Shown: positions 1 through 11,325 of the stretch, piece after piece | Numbering within the stretch: the stretch's first letter is position 1 | Layout of the letters: each line of letters begins with the position of its first letter | Assembly (NCBI GenBank): GCA_008632985.1 | Contig: QPGO01000055.1 | Location: 411,100 to 441,694 of the forward strand | Length of the DNA: 30,595 nt | DNA from: Psammoneis japonica | Taxonomy: Eukaryota | Direction: 5' to 3' | Notes under the pieces: generated by a model | What the model saw: only the letters and a program-made list of their open reading frames with translations | Database searches by the model: none | Told to the model about the DNA's origin: nothing | Position numbers and translations under genes: made by a program

Positions 1-356
1 GAGTTTTTTCGAAAGGCGGGAGGCGGCTTCAAGTCAGTGCCAAACACTGACTTGCTCCTTGTGTTCATTGTCACCATCGTGTGTGTGTTGGTCACTGTTC
101 TCAATTTTATGACGAGGCAAGCTGCAAATCCTCTGAATGCGTGTTGCTCACTCGGCACACTACGGCAAGGTTCGCATCGAATCCCGAACTCCGATTTGAA
201 TTGTTCACGACCGTCTCAACTCTCTCTTTATGTGGGACAGTCAATCCCACACATGCAAGTCCCGGCAAATTTGAAATTGCCACAACCGCCAAAACCAAAA
301 AAAGGCCCATCGGGGGGGGCTGTTGTGAAGTGTTGGAGCTCAAGATTCCCTTGCAC

Positions 357-405
357 ACCGTTCCAAAAGCGTTCCAAAAGCGTTCCAAAACCGTTCCGAG
401 AACGT
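357..405 (+). repeat. Short 11-bp tandem repeat (CGTTCCAAAAG-like)
   Basis: ccgttccaaaag cgttccaaaag cgttccaaaa ccgttccgagaa; shares the 13-mer CCAAAAGCGTTCC with 785-838. Confidence 0.8.
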
Positions 406-784
406 TCTCGATTGCACCAATTCGCGCGGAAATCAAACTTTGGAGCCTCTTAATCTGGCAATGAGACACATGATGCATTGCAGTTGGTGCACTGTTGTTA
501 GAACCATTTGAGCATGGCACAATGGTGTAAAAGTTTAACAGATTAGATGGATTTATTGCAAAAAGGTGCACCCGTCAAAACAGGTCACCATTTTCTCTAA
601 GAAAAAGAACGGCTGTTAGAAGTCTCAATGATTTTGATTTACAGTGGCTGTGAGTTGAACTGCAAAGTGTTGTTGTAACTGCTGGCATTGTTTGACACTA
701 AACCACATCTACAACAACCGCCAATGGCTCCAACACGGAAATGCCATTCGACGAAATGGGCATTTCATCATTCCCGTGTTTCCA

Positions 785-838
785 CCGTTCCGGGACCGCA
801 CCAAAAGCGTTCCGAAACCGCACCAAAAGCGTTCCCGA
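785..838 (+). repeat. Short 22-bp tandem repeat containing CCAAAAGCGTTCC
   Basis: ccgcaccaaaagcgttcc occurs twice at 22-bp spacing (13-mer at 801 and 823). Confidence 0.8.
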
Positions 839-1032
839 AGGGAATCTCTCTAAAAGGCCTGACATCAGAGCATTGTTTTTAGACGTTGGAAACGAATGAG
901 AACCCCACCCGACCATCAATCCACCTGTGATGCGGCAACAAAAACACTGCTGCACGGAACTGGCGCCGCAGCAATCTTGTCAGCATGTGACATGAAACAT
1001 CATGCGCGCAACACACGTCTGTGTTGCTCACC

Positions 1033-1966
1033 ATGCAAATGCGCCTGCCCAAAGCCACAGCAGATTATCTTGCGGGGACAGTCATCCAGAGGCCGATGAG
1101 GTCACAACGGATTTGGAACCGCAGATTTGCCTCGTGCTTCTGCTCTCCGCGAGACGCAGTGTGTGAGTTGTGGGGCCTTCTTGAAGATGATGGCAACATC
1201 CCACGCGGATTTCTGCCCACTCATTTGTTGCACACATTTTGTTTTCTGAAACTGCATGACACTGAAACCACAATGGCCAGAATCTGCGGTGGCACACACG
1301 AGGATACGTTGAGAAAATGGGTGTGGGTTGGGATGGCGCTAATTGCGAATTTGAACTTGGTGCGTGCCATGACTCCAATTTCTCTTTGAAAATCAATGCA
1401 CTGACATTTGATTCACCATAATTTCATCACAGATTGATTGGGAGAACAGGTTTGTGGATGACAATGGCAGTGCATGCAAGGTGACGGTGGACGGCACTGA
1501 CTTTCGCATCAACGAACCATCGCCGTTCGATCCCATCTGGCATTCGCATGAATTCAACGGCGCAGGGCTCAGGTGCGAAATCGCCACATGCATTCAGACA
1601 GGTTGGACAGTTTGGGTGAATGGCCCCCACCCAGCTGGCATTCCTGATTTGAGCATGGCACGAGAGGCGATCAATTGTGAACTTCAAGATGGAGAGTTTT
1701 GCTCAGCTGATGGGGCATGCAGTGACGGACACCAGTGTTGTGTGGCCCCGACCGGCCTGCGCAATGCCGACCAACACATGAAGACCGTCGCTCGCGCCCG
1801 CCACGAAGCTGTCAACGGTTGGTTCAAGCGCTTCCAAATGATGACAAGAACGTGTCGTCATGATCGATTGACGCATCACCTTGCCTTCCAAGCAGTGGCG
1901 AACATCACACAGCTTTCCATTGTGATGGGACACACACCCTTTGAAGTGGAATGCTCAGATGAACAG
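1033..1966 (+). pseudogene. PIF/Harbinger (IS5-like, DDE_Tnp_4-type) transposase, two exons, degraded by Tyr->His/Cys changes
   Basis: Exon 1 (ATG 1033-1359) has an HTH-like HLLHTFCFLKLHDTE...EDTLRKWVW. Exon 2 (from 1433) reads IDWENRF...VTVDGTDFRINEP...WHSHEFNGAGLRCEI...VNGP...ADGAC...RARHEAVNGWFKRF, with the D-D-E triad in VDGTD / ADG / RHE. End set at CAG 1964-1966, an inferred former TAG; the ORF now reads on to 2077. Confidence 0.85.
1360..1432 (+). other. 73-bp spliceosomal intron in the transposase
   Basis: GTGCGT donor at 1360, CTGAC branch site at 1401, CAG acceptor ending 1432; removal joins ...ANLNL to IDWENRF in frame. Confidence 0.85.
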
Positions 1967-2968
1967 GAACCCATTGAGAAATTAGGACATTTTGCAACAT
2001 TTGTTGTGACATTTCTTTGGTCACAGCTGCAAGAGAGCCAGTTTGTCTTGTCTGCAAAAAATTTTCGTTGGGCTTAGTAATGCATGAGCAAAACAGCAAA
2101 ACTTTGTCCAGCAGTTCGGTCTCAGCGTTAAAAGTTACAATGACTGAGGCTGCTGCTGAATCACCAGACGTGAAGACAACAATGATGTCTCCCACCCAGC
2201 ACGTCAGCTCGTTGGTGGGTCGAATGATGAGCGAGACCAACAGCGATTGAGACGAGAGCACTGACGTCAGGGGTGCGAGCAGTGAGCTTCTGATGCGCAC
2301 GTCACAAGGCGCGACATTTGGCTGCCCCCTCTCTGACTCGCACTCACGTGGTGCCATCCATTGCATGCTCGAGATGATGGACGACCGACATCAGTTGTGC
2401 CCCCCTTTCTCTGCACGACGACTTTTCTTCAGTCAAAATGTTTGAAAACACGTGAAAAACAGGGGAAAATGAAAATTTTGATTTTTCATGCAACCCCCTG
2501 ACAGCGCCTTCGCGTCGTTCACGCCCCGCTTCCCTGAATCGTGTGCATCGCGCACGATGCACACCGATTCAGACCTCTCGTGCTTTTCCCTCGGCAAGAA
2601 CTGCTGCCAGATTCAGCACCACTTGGCGACCGGTTGCCTCCGATGACGTTGACTTTGCCACGAGGTGGGGGGAATGAGAGTTTTGTTCCAAAGTCATGTT
2701 TTAAAACAGAAGAGGAGACACATGCCACAGCAGTGGTCCGTGCACATGAAGAAAAGGTTGCAGATGAAACAAAAAATCAAGAGCATGTTCTCCAATCCAC
2801 CTGTGGTCTTCTGCTGAACTCAAGAGGCACAATCTCGGCAGTGACTCAAAGCTTGCACAATGCCGCAAAGCTTGTTTGATGATTGAGAAACTTGGAATGC
2901 TGCCACATGAGATCAGTCTCAAGCAGGCAGAAATGTTGTCAAAATGCAGCGAGCTGAAGACCGAAGCT

Positions 2969-3358
2969 GGCACGTCCCAGGTCCAGGTGGAGCCTCGCAC
3001 CGCTGAGCTGTGACATCGACAGTTTTTTGAATCGCGTCGCATGTCACGCACGCAGATTTCTGCATGATTTTTGCAACATTTTGCATCATTTTACAGTGCA
3101 CTTGTTGAGCGATCCATCCAACAACTTTTGACATTTTTTGTTGCAGCGCGATTCTACAATGTCTTGAGAGTCACGCGGGGCAGGCGCATTTGCAAAAACA
3201 TCAAGTGGCATGAGGCACAATTGTGCCACAAACTTGGCCATTCATTTGATGTTGAAGACAAATGTGTCCATCGATTAAATTCTCGCACTGCGGAGCTTGC
3301 ACACAGAATTCTGCGGGCCCAACGTCACACGGAGTCCCGCCCAGGGCTGGAGCGCATC
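2969..3358 (+). mobile_element. MITE family A, full copy (~390 bp)
   Basis: Imperfect TIRs (GGCACGTCCCAGGTCCAGGTGG ... CCCGCCCAGGGCTGGAGCGCATC); AGCT on both sides (2965-2968, 3359-3362); homologous to 14676-15064. Confidence 0.85.
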
Positions 3359-3461
3359 AGCTCAGATTCAAAAACCAGGCTGGGAGAAGCTTGTGGCTGC
3401 GGGTGACTCCGCGAATCAAGAAAGCCAGCGAGCAGCCAATGTCTGAAGTGGGCTGTGTTGC

Positions 3462-6400
3462 CACTTTTGCGCCCTTTGCGATTTTGCGCCCTTGGCCATT
3501 TTGTGCCCTTTGTGGTTTTGCACCCTTTGTGATTTTGCACCCTTTGTGATTTTGCGCCCTTTGCGATTTTGCACCCTTTGTGATTTTGCACCCTTTGTGA
3601 TTTTGCGCCCTTTGTCATTTTGCACCCTCTGTGATTTTGCACCCTTTGCCACCATTTTGCGCCCTTTGTGATTTTGCACCCTTTGTGATGTTGCGCCCTT
3701 TGTGATTTTGCGCCCTTTGTGATTTTGCACCCTTTGCTGCCATTTTGCGCCCTTTGTGATTTTGAGCCTTTTGCGATTTTGTGCCCTTTGCGATTTTGCA
3801 CCCTTTGTGATTTTGCAAACTTTGCCACCATTTTGTGCCCTTTGTGATTTTGCACCCTTTGCTGCCATTTTGCACTCTTTGCCGCCATTTTGTGCCCTTT
3901 GTGATTTTGCACCCTTTGATGTTTTGCACTCTCTTTGTGATTTTGCACCCTTTGCTGCCATTTTGCGCCCTTTGTGGTTTTGCACACTTTGCCGCCATTT
4001 TGCACCCTTTGCAATTTTGCGCCCTTGGCCATCTCAAGCCCTTGGTCATTTTGCGCCCTTTGTCATTTTGCGCCCATTGTGCCCTTTGTGATTTTGCACC
4101 CTTTGCTGCCATTTTGCGCCCTTTGTGATTTTGAGCCTTTTGCGATTTTGTGCCCTTTGCGATTTTGCACCCTTTGTGATTTTGCACCCTTTGCCGCCAT
4201 TTTGTGCCCTTTGTGATTTTGCACCCTTTGCCGCCATTTTGCACCCTCTGTGATTTTGCGCCCTCTGCGATTTTGCACCCTCTGTGATTTTGCACCCTTT
4301 GCTGCCATTTTGCGCCCTTTGTGGTTTTGCGCCCTTTGCTGAAATTTTGTGCCCTTGGTGATTTTGAGCCTTTTGCGATTTGCACCCTTTGTGATTTTGC
4401 ACCCTTTGCTGCCATTTTGCGCCCTCTGCGATTTTGCACCCTCTGTGATTTTGCACCCTTTGCTGCCATTTTGCGCCCTTTGTGATTTTGCGATTTTGCG
4501 CCCTTTGCGATTTTGCACCCTTTGTGATTTTGCACCCTTTGTGACTTTGCACACTTTGCTGCCATTTTGTGCCCTTTGTGATTTTGAGCCTTTTGCGATT
4601 TTGCGCCCTTTGTGATTTTGCACCCTTTGCTGCCATTTTGTGCCCTCTGCGATTTTGCACCCTCTGTGATTTTGCGCCCTTTGCTGCCATTTTGCGCCCT
4701 TTGTGATTTTGTGCCCTTTGCGATTTTGCACCCTTTGTGATTTTGCACCCTCTGTGACTTTGCACCCTTTGCTGCCATTTTGCACCCTTTGTGATTTTGC
4801 ACCCTTTGCTGCCATTTTGCGCCCTTTGTGATTTTGAGCCTTTTGCAATTTTGCGCCCTTTGTGATTTTGCACCCTTTGCTGCCATTTTGCGCCCTTTGT
4901 GATTTTGCGCATTTTGCGATTTTGCACCCTCTGTGATTTTGCGCCCTTTGTGGCTTTGCACCCTTTGTGGCCATTTTGAACCCTTTGTGATTTTGCACCC
5001 TTTGTGATTTTGCGCCCTTTGCGATTTTGCACCCTTTGCCGCCATTTTGCACCCTCTGTGATTTTGCACCCTTTGTGATTTTGCGCCCTTTGTGATTTTG
5101 CACCCTTTGTGACTTTGCACCCTTTGCTGCCATTTTGCGCCCTTGTGATTTTGAGCCTTTTGCAATTTTGCGCCCTTTGTGATTTTGCACCCTTTGCTGC
5201 CATTTTGTGCCCTTTGCAATTTTGTGCCTTTTGCGATTTTGCACCCTTTGTGATTTTGCACCCTTTGCTGCCATTTTGCGCCCTTTGTGATTTTGCGCAT
5301 TTTGCGATTTTGCACCCTCTGTGATTTTGCGCCCTTTGTGGCTTTGCACCCTTTGTGGCCATTTTGAACCCTTTGTGATTTTGCACCCTTTGTGATTTTG
5401 CGCCCTTTGCGATTTTGCACCCTTTGCCGCCATTTTGCACCCTCTGTGATTTTGCACCCTTTGTGATTTTGCACCCTTTGTGATTTTGCACCCTTTGTGA
5501 TTTTGCACCCTTTGCCGCCATTTTGTGCCCTTTGTGATTTTGCACCCTTTGCCGCCATTTTGCACCCTCTGTGATTTTGTGCCCTCTGCGATTTTGCACC
5601 CTCTGTGATTTTGCACCCTTTGCTGCCATTTTGCGCCCTTTGTGGTTTTGCGCCCTTTGCTGAAATTTTGTGCCCTTGGTGATTTTGAGCCTTTTGCGAT
5701 TTGCACCCTTTGTGATTTTGCACCCTTTGCTGCCATTTTGCGCCCTCTGCGATTTTGCACCCTCTGTGATTTTGCACCCTTTGCTGCCATTTTGCGCCCT
5801 TTGTGATTTTGCGATTTTGCGCCCTTTGCGATTTTGCACCCTTTGTGATTTTGCACCCTTTGTGACTTTGCACACTTTGCTGCCATTTTGTGCCCTTTGT
5901 GATTTTGAGCCTTTTGCGATTTTGCGCCCTTTGTGATTTTGCACCCTTTGCTGCCATTTTGTGCCCTCTGCGATTTTGCACCCTCTGTGATTTTGCGCCC
6001 TTTGCTGCCATTTTGCGCCCTTTGTGATTTTGTGCCCTTTGCGATTTTGCACCCTTTGTGATTTTGCACCCTCTGTGACTTTGCACCCTTTGCTGCCATT
6101 TTGCACCCTTTGTGATTTTGCACCCTTTGCTGCCATTTTGCGCCCTTTGTGATTTTGAGCCTTTTGCAATTTTGCGCCCTTTGTGATTTTGCACCCTTTG
6201 CTGCCATTTTGCGCCCTTTGTGATTTTGCGCATTTTGCGATTTTGCACCCTCTGTGATTTTGCGCCCTTTGTGGCTTTGCACCCTTTGTGGCCATTTTGA
6301 ACCCTTTGTGATTTTGCACCCTTTGTGATTTTGCGCCCTTTGCGATTTTGCACCCTTTGCCGCCATTTTGCACCCTCTGTGATTTTGCACCCTTTGTGAT

Positions 6401-8782
6401 TTTGCACCCTTTGTGATTTTGCACCCTTTGTGACTTTGCACCCTTTGCTGCCATTTTGCGCCCTTTGTGATTTTGAGCCTTTTGCAATTTTGCGCCCTTT
6501 GTGATTTTGCACCCTTTGCTGCCATTTTGTGCCCTTTGCAATTTTGTGCCTTTTGCGATTTTGCGCCCTTTGTGATTTTGCACCCTTTGCTGCCATTTTG
6601 CGCCCTTTGTGATTTTGCGCATTTTGCGATTTTGCACCCTCTGTGATTTTGCGCCCTTTGTGGCTTTGCACCCTTTGTGGCCATTTTGAACCCTTTGTGA
6701 TTTTGCACCCTTTGTGATTTTGCGCCCTTTGCGATTTTGCACCCTTTGCCGCCATTTTGCACCCTCTGTGATTTTGCACCCTTTGTGATTTTGCACCCTT
6801 TGTGATTTTGCACCCTTTGTGATTTTGCACCCTTTGCCGCCATTTTGTGCCCTTTGTGATTTTGCACCCTTTGCCGCCATTTTGCACCCTCTGTGATTTT
6901 GTGCCCTCTGCGATTTTGCACCCTCTGTGATTTTGCACCCTTTGCTGCCATTTTGCGCCCTTTGTGGTTTTGCGCCCTTTGCTGAAATTTTGTGCCCTTG
7001 GTGATTTTGAGCCTTTTGCGATTTGCACCCTTTGTGATTTTGCACCCTTTGCTGCCATTTTGCGCCCTCTGCGATTTTGCACCCTCTGTGATTTTGCACC
7101 CTTTGCCACCATTTTGCACTCTTTGCCGCCATTTTGTGCCCTTTGTGATTTTGCACCCTTTGATGTTTTGCACTCTCTTTGTGATTTTGCACCCTTTGCT
7201 GCCATTTTGCGCCCTTTGTGGTTTTGCACACTTTGCCGCCATTTTGCACCCTTTGCAATTTTGCGCCCTTGGCCATCTCAAGCCCTTGGTCATTTTGCGC
7301 CCTTTGTCATTTTGCGCCCTTTGTGCCCTTTGTGATTTTGCACCCTTTGCTGCCATTTTGCGCCCTTTGTGATTTTGAGCCTTTTGCGATTTTGTGCCCT
7401 TTGCGATTTTGCACCCTTTGTGATTTTGCACCCTTTGCCGCCATTTTGTGCCCTTTGTGATTTTGCACCCTTTGCTGCCATTTTGCACCCTCTGTGATTT
7501 TGCGCCCTCTGCAATTTTGCACCCTCTGTGATTTTGCACCCTTTGCTGCCATTTTGCGCCCTTTGTGGTTTTGCGCCCTTTGCTGAAATTTTGTGCCCTT
7601 GGTGATTTTGAGCCTTTTGCGATTTGCACCCTTTGTGATTTTGCAACCTTTGCTGCCATTTTGCGCCCTCTGCGATTTTGCACCCTCTGTGATTTTGCAC
7701 CCTTTGCTGCCATTTTGCGCCCTTTGTGATTTTGTGATTTTGCGCCCTTTGCGATTTTGCACCCTTTGTGATTTTGCGCCCTTTGTGACTTTGCACACTT
7801 TGCTGCCATTTTGTGCCCTTTGTGATTTTGAGCCTTTTGTGATTTTGTGCCCTTTGTGATTTTGCACCCTTTGCTGCCATTTTGTGCCCTCTGCGATTTT
7901 GCACCCTCTGTGATTTCGCACCCTTTGCTGCCATTTTGCGCCCTTTGTGATTTTGCGCCCTTTGCGATTTTGCACCCTTTGCGATTTTGCACCCTCTGTG
8001 ACTTTGCACCCTTTGCTGCCATTTTGCACCCTTTGTGGTTTTGCACCCTTTGTGATTTTGCACCCTTTGTGATTTTGCACCCTTTGTGACTTTGCACCCT
8101 TTGCTGCCATTTTGCGCCCTTTGTGATTTTGAGCCTTTTGCGATTTTGCGCCCTTTGTGATTTTGCACCCTTTGCTGCCATTTTGCGCCCTTTGTGATTT
8201 TGCGCCCTTTGCGATTTTGCACCCTTTGTGATTTTGCACCCTTTGTGACTTTGCACCCTTTGCTGCCATTTTGCGCCCTTTGTGATTTTGAGCCTTTTGC
8301 GATTTTGCGCCCTTTGTGATTTTGCACCCTTTGTGATTTTGCACCCTTTGTGACTTTGCACCCTTTGCTGCCATTTTGCGCCCTTTGTGATTTTGAGCCT
8401 TTTGCAATTTTGCGCCCTTTGTGATTTTGCGCATTTTGCGATTTTGCACCCTCTGTGATTTTGCGCCCTTTGTGGCTTTGCACCCTTTGTGGCCATTTTG
8501 AACCCTTTGTGATTTTGCACCCTTTGTGATTTTGCGCCCTTTGCGATTTTGCACCCTTTGCCGCCATTTTGCACCCTCTGTGATTTTGCACCCTTTGTGG
8601 CCATTTTGCACCCTTTGTGATTTTGCGCCCTTTGTGATTTTGCGCCCTTTGTGATTTTGCCCCCTTTGTGATTTTGCGCCCTTTGTGATTTTGCACCCTT
8701 TGTGACTTTGCACCCTTTGCTGCCATTTTGCGCCCTTTGTGATTTTGAGCCTTTTGCGATTTTGCGCCCTTTGTGATTTTGC
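3462..8782. repeat. Satellite 1, array 1 (17-bp TTTTGCACCCTTTGTGA and 20-bp TTTTGCACCCTTTGCTGCCA units) with higher-order repeats
   Basis: Continuous tandem units; a landmark variant recurs at 1321/1322-bp and 3244-bp spacing (ORF starts 4349, 5670, 6992, 7593). Confidence 0.97.
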
Positions 8783-10073
8783 ATGATCAGAGACCCGCGG
8801 AAAAGGCCATGAGTCACAGGTCATCGAACCCCGCCATCACATGGTGTGCGCACACACGCAAACATTGGCCAACCCAGCTCCAGAATGGAGTCGACATTGC
8901 TTGTTGGGGGCGCAATGTTTTTGTTTGTTTTTGCTGCACTGATCGGCACATTTCACACTCATTGCTCCCAGGTGCATTTTGTTCAATGTGCACTCATTGA
9001 CTTGCATGCCAACACACCAAGCAACACGGCAGAATTGCTCCTTTGCATCTGAGCAACTGCACTTCGTTCAAACTGAAACATGTTCATTTTCACATTGTGC
9101 GCGCACTTGCGCTGAAAGTGTGGCATTTCCGTCTTCATGACGAACGCCAGTCATTCAGCGAAATTTTCATTTTTTTTGTTTCCCTTTGTGCAAAAAAAAC
9201 CATCCTCGCTGCCAACTCACAATGTTCCTTTTGTGCAGCATTCATCCGGCCAATCGTGCGTGAGGCATTTGACCCCTCCACTTGTGGTCTGCGGACCCAA
9301 TCCCCTGTGCATTTTGTGAGTCAGTGCAGAGCCGCGAAAGTGACATGATGAGGAGTCCATGGATTCTCTGCGCAAGACTGCGCGGGTTCTCCACAAATCA
9401 ATGTTTTAAAGCCCGCTGCGTGCATCATCAAGAGCTGCCAAACAACTCGGCCCCACCATGACAATGAAACGCGACGGCATTGATGCTCACCCCGCCTTTT
9501 GTGAAGCATGTGTGGCCGCCAAGAAACAACAACCAACAGCAAAAAAAAAAGAACAGGCTCCTTCCTTTTGATGCAAGTGGCAAGTTCGTGATTGATCGTT
9601 GATGTGACTGGCCGATGAGTTTGCAGCAAAACACACCTTCAGCATGGGACACACTGCTTCTGATGACATGCGTTCATTGTTGTGGTTGCATCACATGACT
9701 CATTGGTGATTTTTGCTCTGCGAGACTCGGAAGTTGACCCGAATGTGCCGCGTCATGGTCATCGCGGTCGATGACTCGAGAGGTTGGCGAAAGCACATTT
9801 TCCTCGTGCGTGAGCCACGTGGAAATCACTCAGAAAAATGGCTCTTGTTTTTGGATGGAGGGTCTGTTTGAATTCGAGCGCAGGTGTGCAGCCAAATGAA
9901 AAAACGTGCGGGGAGCACTCTTTTCAGGCAAGCAAAAAAACACAAAGAGGGGAAAGGCGCGCAGCACAAAAACAAGTTTTGCTGCAAGTTTTGCTGGGGG
10001 GCTGATGTTGCAAACGGCCGATGATCAAAAGTCTGATGGAGGCATCTTCAAGGCAAGAGATCTCGTGTCAAAG
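8783..10073 (+). repeat. Block B copy 1 (unclassified repeat, internally deleted)
   Basis: Colinear with 11326-12899 (starting offset 2543); lacks ~285 bp present near 12495-12780 and the 12899-13577 tail. Confidence 0.9.
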
Positions 10074-11325
10074 CTGCCATTTTGCGCCCTTTGTGATTTT
10101 GAGCCTTTTGCAGTGTTGCGCCCTCTTTGTGATTTTGCACCCTTTGCTGCCATTTTGCGCCCTTTGTGATTTTGAGCCCATTGCGATTTTGCGCCCTCAG
10201 TGGTTTTGCACCCTTTGCCACCATTTTGCGCCCTTTGTGGTTTTGCGCCCTTTGCGATTTTGCGCCCTTTGTGACTTTGCGCCCTTTGTGATTTTGCGCC
10301 CTTTGCGATTTTGCACCCTTTGTGGTTTTGCACCCTTTGTGGTTTTGCACCCTTTGTGGCCATTTTGCGCCCTTTGTGATTTTGCGCCCTTTGTGATTTT
10401 GCACCCTTTGCGATTTTGCACCCTTTGTCGCCATTTTGCACCCTTTGTGATTTTGAACCCTTTGTGATTTTGCGCCCTTTGCGATTTTGCACCCTCTGTG
10501 ATTTTGCGCCCTTTGTGATTTTGCGCCCCCTGTGATTTTGCGCCCTTTGTGATTTTGCACCCTTTGCCACCATTTTGCACCATTTGTGATTTTGCACCCT
10601 TTGCCGCCATTTTGTGCCATTTGTGATTTTGAGCCTTTTGTGATTTTGCACCCTCTTTGTGGTTTTGCACCCTTTGCTGCCATTTTGTGCCCCATGTGAT
10701 TTTGCACCCTTTCTGATTTTGTGCCATTTGTGATTTTGTGCCCCCTGCGATTTTGCACCCTTTGTGATTTTGCAACCTTTGCCACCATTTTGCGCCCTTT
10801 GTGATTTTGCGCCCTTTGCCGCCATTTTGTGCCCTTTGTGATTTTGAGCCTTTTGCGGTTTTGCACCCTCTTTGTGATTTTGCACCCTTTGCTGCCATTT
10901 TGCGCGGTTTTTGATTTTGGCCCTTTGCAACTTTGTGCCCTTTGTGGCTTTGCACCCTTTGTGGTTTTGCACCCTTTGTGGCCACTTTGCGCCCTTTGTG
11001 ATTTTGCACCCTTTGTGGCTTTGCGCCCTTTGCAACTTTGCACACTTTGTCACCATTTTGCACCCTTTGTGATTTTGCGCCCTTTGCGATTTTGCACTCA
11101 TTGTGATTTTGCACCCTTTGCCCAAATTTTGCACCCTTTGCCGCCATTTTGTGCCCTTTGTGATTTTGAGCCTTTTGCGATTTTGCACCCTTTGTGATTT
11201 TGTGCCCTTTGTGATTTTGTGCCCTTGGCCTTTTTGTGCCCTTTGTGATTTTGCACCCTTTGCCACCATTTTGCGCCCTTTGTGATTTTGCACCCTTTGC
11301 GATTTTGCACCCTTTGTGATTTTGC
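10074..11325. repeat. Satellite 1, array 2
   Basis: Same 17/20-bp units, more diverged than array 1. Confidence 0.95.

Noticed and set aside
1033..1966. This transposase as the mobiliser of MITEs A and B
   Set aside because: No matching TIR seen around it, and Harbinger-type TSDs are normally 3 bp rather than 4; not excluded, but unsupported.
1905..2366. Minus-strand ORF as the Harbinger Myb/SANT partner gene
   Set aside because: No spaced-tryptophan Myb pattern visible; ORF length is uninformative here.
3325..8824. Very long minus-strand ORFs (up to 1584 aa, KGAKSQRVQNH repeats)
   Set aside because: All three frames are open and translate the same satellite; a product of tandem repeats lacking TAA/TAG.
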